Assembly: GCA_039208735.1 (NCBI GenBank)
Contig: JBCCQY010000025.1
Coordinates: forward strand, 11,829 to 75,828
DNA length: 64,000 nucleotides
Direction of reading: 5' to 3'
Source of the DNA: Myxococcota bacterium
Lineage (GTDB): Bacteria; Myxococcota_A; UBA796; GCA-2862545
A program made the translations under genes and the position numbers. Of the stretch, positions 62,570 to 64,000 are shown in pieces. Each line of letters opens with the position of its first letter. Position 1 is the first letter of the stretch. A model generated the notes under the pieces. It saw nothing but the letters and a program-made list of their open reading frames with translations, did not search any database and was not told the DNA's origin.

Positions 62570-64000
62570 CTACAACAGCTTCGCGATGCGCTTGGCGAGC
62601 ACCCGCAAGCCCGTCGGGTCAAGCGGAACGCCACCGGCGAGGGATTCGGGCAGCTCACGGGTCAGCATGGACGCGGCGGCATCGAGGGTGATGTCACTGC
62701 GCCACAGGGACAGGAACGCGTCGGCGCCGGTGCCGGTGATCACCGGTTGGCCGTCTTCATCCACGGCGAACGACAGCGTGCCCCAGCGGTCCGGCTGGTG
62801 GGTAGCGAGCGCTTGCGCCGTCGCATCCATCACGGGTAGCAAGGCGGCTCGGCCTTGGGCGTCGTAGGCGAGGAACGTCTGCGACAAGGCCCGCTTCAAC
62901 TCGGGGTGGAGCGACTCGGGATCGACGACCACCGGCTCGGTTGGGGGCACGATGGTGGGTTCGGGCATTTCGCCGAGCGAATCGTCGAGATTCGGTGGAA
63001 GCACCGGCACGATGGTGGGCTCAGGATCGTCGGGGAGGTCGTCGAAGTCAGGCAAAGGATGGGGCGTCGTCGACAGGTCGGGGGTCGTTGGCAGGTCGGG
63101 GGTCGTCGCGGGTGGCATGGCCGCGACATGAATCGTCCCCGCGCGCTCGAGCAGCTCGCTCCGCAGTTGGTCAAGGCGACGGACGAGGAGCACGATGAGG
63201 TTGTTCGACGCACGAAGGCCTGCGTGCTGTGGCCAATCCAGCAGGTCGGGAGCGCCTGGGACGGCATCCAGGGTGCGGCGGTGGCTGGGCGCGACGCGCT
63301 CGGATTCCGTGATCAGGTAGGCCTGGTCGGTGCCTTTTGTGTCTAGGGCTCGCCAAATGCGAGCGAGCGCTTCGGCGGGTTCGGTCTCTTGTAAGGCGTC
63401 GGTGCGACCCTCAACGAACTCGTGCGCCTTCACCAGGTTCTCGAAATGGGTGCGGTCCATGATGCCCGCAAACTCGATGCGTGAAGGATGGGGCCACGGC
63501 CGCAACACCCCCACGATGGGTCGGGTGCGCGAAAGGAACCGCTTGAGGACGCCTACACAATCGAGCGTCTCGTCACCGAGGTCGAAGAGGGTGCCGTCGA
63601 CGGCGCCGTGGAGTACGAACACATTCGCTTCGTCGGCCAGGTACCGGTCTTTCAGTTCATCGATCCAGCTTGGCCAGCGCATGAATTTCCATAACGCGCC
63701 CCGGAGACCCCCATCGCCCCCCCAAAGAGCCGTGACCAACGGGTCGCAGAGGCCATTGAATACGTCCTCGAAGAGCTTCAACCCGAGGGTTCGTGGCTCG
63801 TGGTCGACGAGCGCACGGGGCGGATTGCCGATGCCTTGCCTGATGAACGGGAGGTCTGGAACCGGCTCGCGCTTCGGGGAGCGAAGGCGACCTTCGCGCC
63901 GCCCGAGGGGCCCTTCGATGGTGCCATTATCCGTCTGCCAAAGGGCAAGGACGCGTTTCGTCTCGTCTTGCATCAGGTCGTCGCGGTCCTTCGCCCTGAA
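62570..64000 (-). CDS. Hypothetical multidomain protein, probably 5'-truncated by the window edge
   Basis: Frame stays open from ATG 63973 to the edge (FRAKDRDDLMQD...); Pro/Thr-rich repeat linker. Confidence 0.65.
   Translation of the reverse strand, partial: FRAKDRDDLMQDETKRVLALWQTDNGTIEGPLGRREGRLRSPKREPVPDLPFIRQGIGNPPRALVDHEPRTLGLKLFEDVFNGLCDPLVTALWGGDGGLRGALWKFMRWPSWIDELKDRYLADEANVFVLHGAVDGTLFDLGDETLDCVGVLKRFLSRTRPIVGVLRPWPHPSRIEFAGIMDRTHFENLVKAHEFVEGRTDALQETEPAEALARIWRALDTKGTDQAYLITESERVAPSHRRTLDAVPGAPDLLDWPQHAGLRASNNLIVLLVRRLDQLRSELLERAGTIHVAAMPPATTPDLPTTPDLSTTPHPLPDFDDLPDDPEPTIVPVLPPNLDDSLGEMPEPTIVPPTEPVVVDPESLHPELKRALSQTFLAYDAQGRAALLPVMDATAQALATHQPDRWGTLSFAVDEDGQPVITGTGADAFLSLWRSDITLDAAASMLTRELPESLAGGVPLDPTGLRVLAKRIAKLL

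Overview
High-GC, gene-dense bacterial chromosomal segment with about 60 CDSs. I see no rRNA, tRNA, CRISPR array or mobile element. Gene content (Ser/Thr kinase, NtrC-like regulator, FG-GAP/ASPIC lipoprotein, Asp-Ala/Thr-repeat lipoprotein, gspC-N operon with PilM-like GspL) suggests a Myxococcota-type organism; this is inference. Main blocks: (1) molybdenum-cofactor cluster (CoxG-like tail, XdhC, moeA, mobA, MoaB fusion) running into prs; (2) rlmL-like methyltransferase, glutaredoxin, recN, and ygfA preceded by a 6S-like RNA; (3) two two-component systems, Fpg/Nei, hydrolase-OsmC and rhodanese; (4) a metY-metX-aspartokinase/homoserine dehydrogenase operon; (5) mpl, GT2, kinase, hslO, a degenerate enhancer-binding protein, ComEA-like, TPR/propeller proteins and GH3; (6) a 12-gene type II secretion operon behind a consensus sigma-54 promoter with paired palindromes; (7) pabB, thiE and a TPR-sulfotransferase. 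The best find is below the ORF-track cutoff: a 27-codon ORF (MPTTHPHHRPSAGPIACCAVCWCCCMS, 26622-26705, minus strand) in the metY leader. It has six Cys codons plus a Met codon before its stop, and its Cys-codon region can pair with the sequence abutting the metY ribosome-binding site. It is a candidate cysteine/sulfur-sensing leader-peptide attenuator of methionine biosynthesis. All calls come from reading motifs by eye; no searches or folding were run.
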